Shown: positions 62,175 to 64,000 of the stretch, in pieces
How the letters are laid out: each line of letters opens with the position of its first letter
Position numbering within the stretch: the stretch's first letter is position 1
NCBI RefSeq assembly: GCF_006345805.1
Contig: NW_021836180.1
Span: 136,001 to 200,000 of the forward strand
Direction: 5' to 3'
From: Octopus sinensis
Taxonomy: Eukaryota
DNA: 64,000 bases
Notes under the pieces: generated by a model
Database searches by the model: none
The model's input: the letters and a program-made list of their open reading frames with translations, nothing else
What the model was told of the DNA's origin: nothing
Made by a program: the position numbers and the translations under genes

Positions 62175-64000
62175 GTTTGCAATGAAAGTGCTAGATAAAA
62201 TAGGAGAAACATCTTATTTAGAAATGATATATACATGTTGCATTTAAAAGGTTATTTTATTTTTGGCAAGAGATGATAGTGCTAAGTAAATATGACTTCT
62301 AATTGCCAGGTCCATTGACAGCAGTTATCCTGATAATGTTCCTGGAGGTGCACATGTATGTGTGTGTGGAAGTATGAAGAATCTATTACCACTGCTGTTG
62401 CTGCTACAACTCCTACTACTACTAAAACTACTGTTGCCACTGGTTGTGCCCTTGTGCTGGTGAATGAGGTAGAGATGGTACACAAATGATGACAATATTG
62501 TCAGAGACAATCATATTTTGCTCCAGCTTGACCTTGTTCCTCCACAATGATAGTGAAAAGTGTATTGCCCATGACAATCCCATCTCTGTACATGCACAGC
62601 TTATCTAGTTCTACATTATATAGTGTGATCCTCCTCATTTAGAGATGGCTGAGTGTGATATGAGGGAGAATTTGTTACTGTTTCTTGTTGGTATGTTATT
62701 GTTGTTGAAACTTAAGTCAAACCTAAACAGACAAAACTATAAAAATAAATTCTAGTCACAATCAAGCCATCTCTCATGACACAGTTTATCTTAGACTATA
62801 TCATCCTATGTGTTCTTCCTATGTTTTAAAGACTGCAGGTCATGACTTGAGAGAGGTGCTTGTTACTTATAGCAGGTCAATAAACCCCATAGTGTATATT
62901 GAATTGGCTCATTATGTTTACTGTTGTTGTTGTTGTTGTTATCATCATCATTATCATCATCATCAAAGCGGCAAACTCGCAGAATCGTTAGCATGCTGGG
63001 TGAAATGCTTAGCCGTATTTTGTCTGCTGCTATGTTCTGATTTCAAATTCTGGTCAACTTTGTTTTTCATCCTTTCCGAGTCGATAAATTAAGTACCAGT
63101 TAAACACTGGGGTCAATGTAATCAACTAGTCCCCTCCCACCAAATTTCAGGATTATTATTATTATTATGTGAAGGTGCAAGGCTCAGTGGTTAGAGCATC
63201 GAGCTTACAATCGTGAGGTTGTGAGTTCAAATCATGGAGCGGGCTGCGTGTTGTGTTCTTGAGCAAGACACTTTATTTCACGTTGCTCTAGTTCACTCAG
63301 CTGTAGAAATGAGTTGTGACATCACAGGTGCCAAGCTGTATTGGCCTTTGCCACAGGTGCCCAAGCTGTATTGGCCTTTTGCCTTTCCCCTTGGATAACA
63401 CTGGTGGTGTGGAGAGGGAGGCTGGTATGCGTGGGCGACTGCTGGTCTTCCATAAACAACCCTGCCCGGACTTGTGCCTGAGAGGTAACTACTTTCCAAG
63501 GTGCAATCCCATGGTCAGTCATGACCGGAGGTCTCAGCTCAGCATTATTATCATTGGCACATGGGGTAAAATGTTATGTGTTCTTTCTTCTGTCTCTTTA
63601 TGTTCTGAGTTCAAATCCCACCAAGATCAATTTTGCCTTTATTCTTTCAGATTCAATAAAATCAAGATACAGTTAAATACTGGTGTCCATGGTACCAATT
63701 AAGCCCCTTCTACTCCCATTTCAAAATTTCAGGCCCTTTGCCCACATTAGAAATTATGATTTGTATTAATTATTATCTCGTCAGTGATGAGTGAGCAGAC
63801 TCGTTAGAATGTTGAACAAAATATTTAGTGGTATTTCATTCAGCTCTTTATTTTCTGAATTGAAATTTTGCTGAGGTCAGCTTGGCCTTCACTGTAGAGG
63901 AGGGTTGAGAAATCCAAGTACCAGTCATGTATTGAGGTTAATGTAACCAATAATCTCCTGCCACTAAAATTGCTGGCCTTGTGCCAAAATCTGAAACCAT
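62175..64000. repeat. Start of segmental duplication unit 3 (type-A upstream flank)
   Basis: Matches 2339-4300 and 32283-34370. Confidence 0.85.

Noticed and set aside
1-64000. CRISPR arrays, operons, prokaryotic defence systems, DGR
   Set aside because: Eukaryotic DNA with no repeat-spacer array. The only RTs are Gypsy and RTE types, and linker variation is not adenine-specific, so a DGR-like link to the retroelement is unsupported.

Overview
Eukaryotic, AT-rich, repeat-dense animal DNA. The tRNA-derived SINE families, (GAT)n-tailed RTE fragments, microsatellites and TTAGGG tracts suggest an octopus-type cephalopod; this is pattern recognition, not a database match. The window is a head-to-tail tandem array of a ~29.9 kb unit: 2339-32282, 32283-62174 and a third starting at 62175. 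It holds five minus-strand copies of a gene with an intronless CDS encoding a cytoplasmic VIT + vWA (MIDAS) + C-terminal domain protein (VWA5A-like). The copies alternate between type A (MNRL..., starts 2338, 32282, 62174) and type B (MDCL..., starts 26792, 57878), which have unrelated 5' flanks. Outside one ~83-114 aa linker the coding sequences are near-identical, whereas the linker differs in every copy and looks mosaic or swapped. Each unit carries the same compact (~4.2 kb), GC-rich Ty3/Gypsy LTR retrotransposon with a CCCAG TSD. It has no normal TGG-type PBS; the 12 nt after the 5' LTR are instead the exact complement of the 5' end of metazoan tRNA-Phe. Only the copy at 44-2338 is intact as written. 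Several stretches show indel noise typical of long-read consensus error, so many frameshifts may be artefacts.
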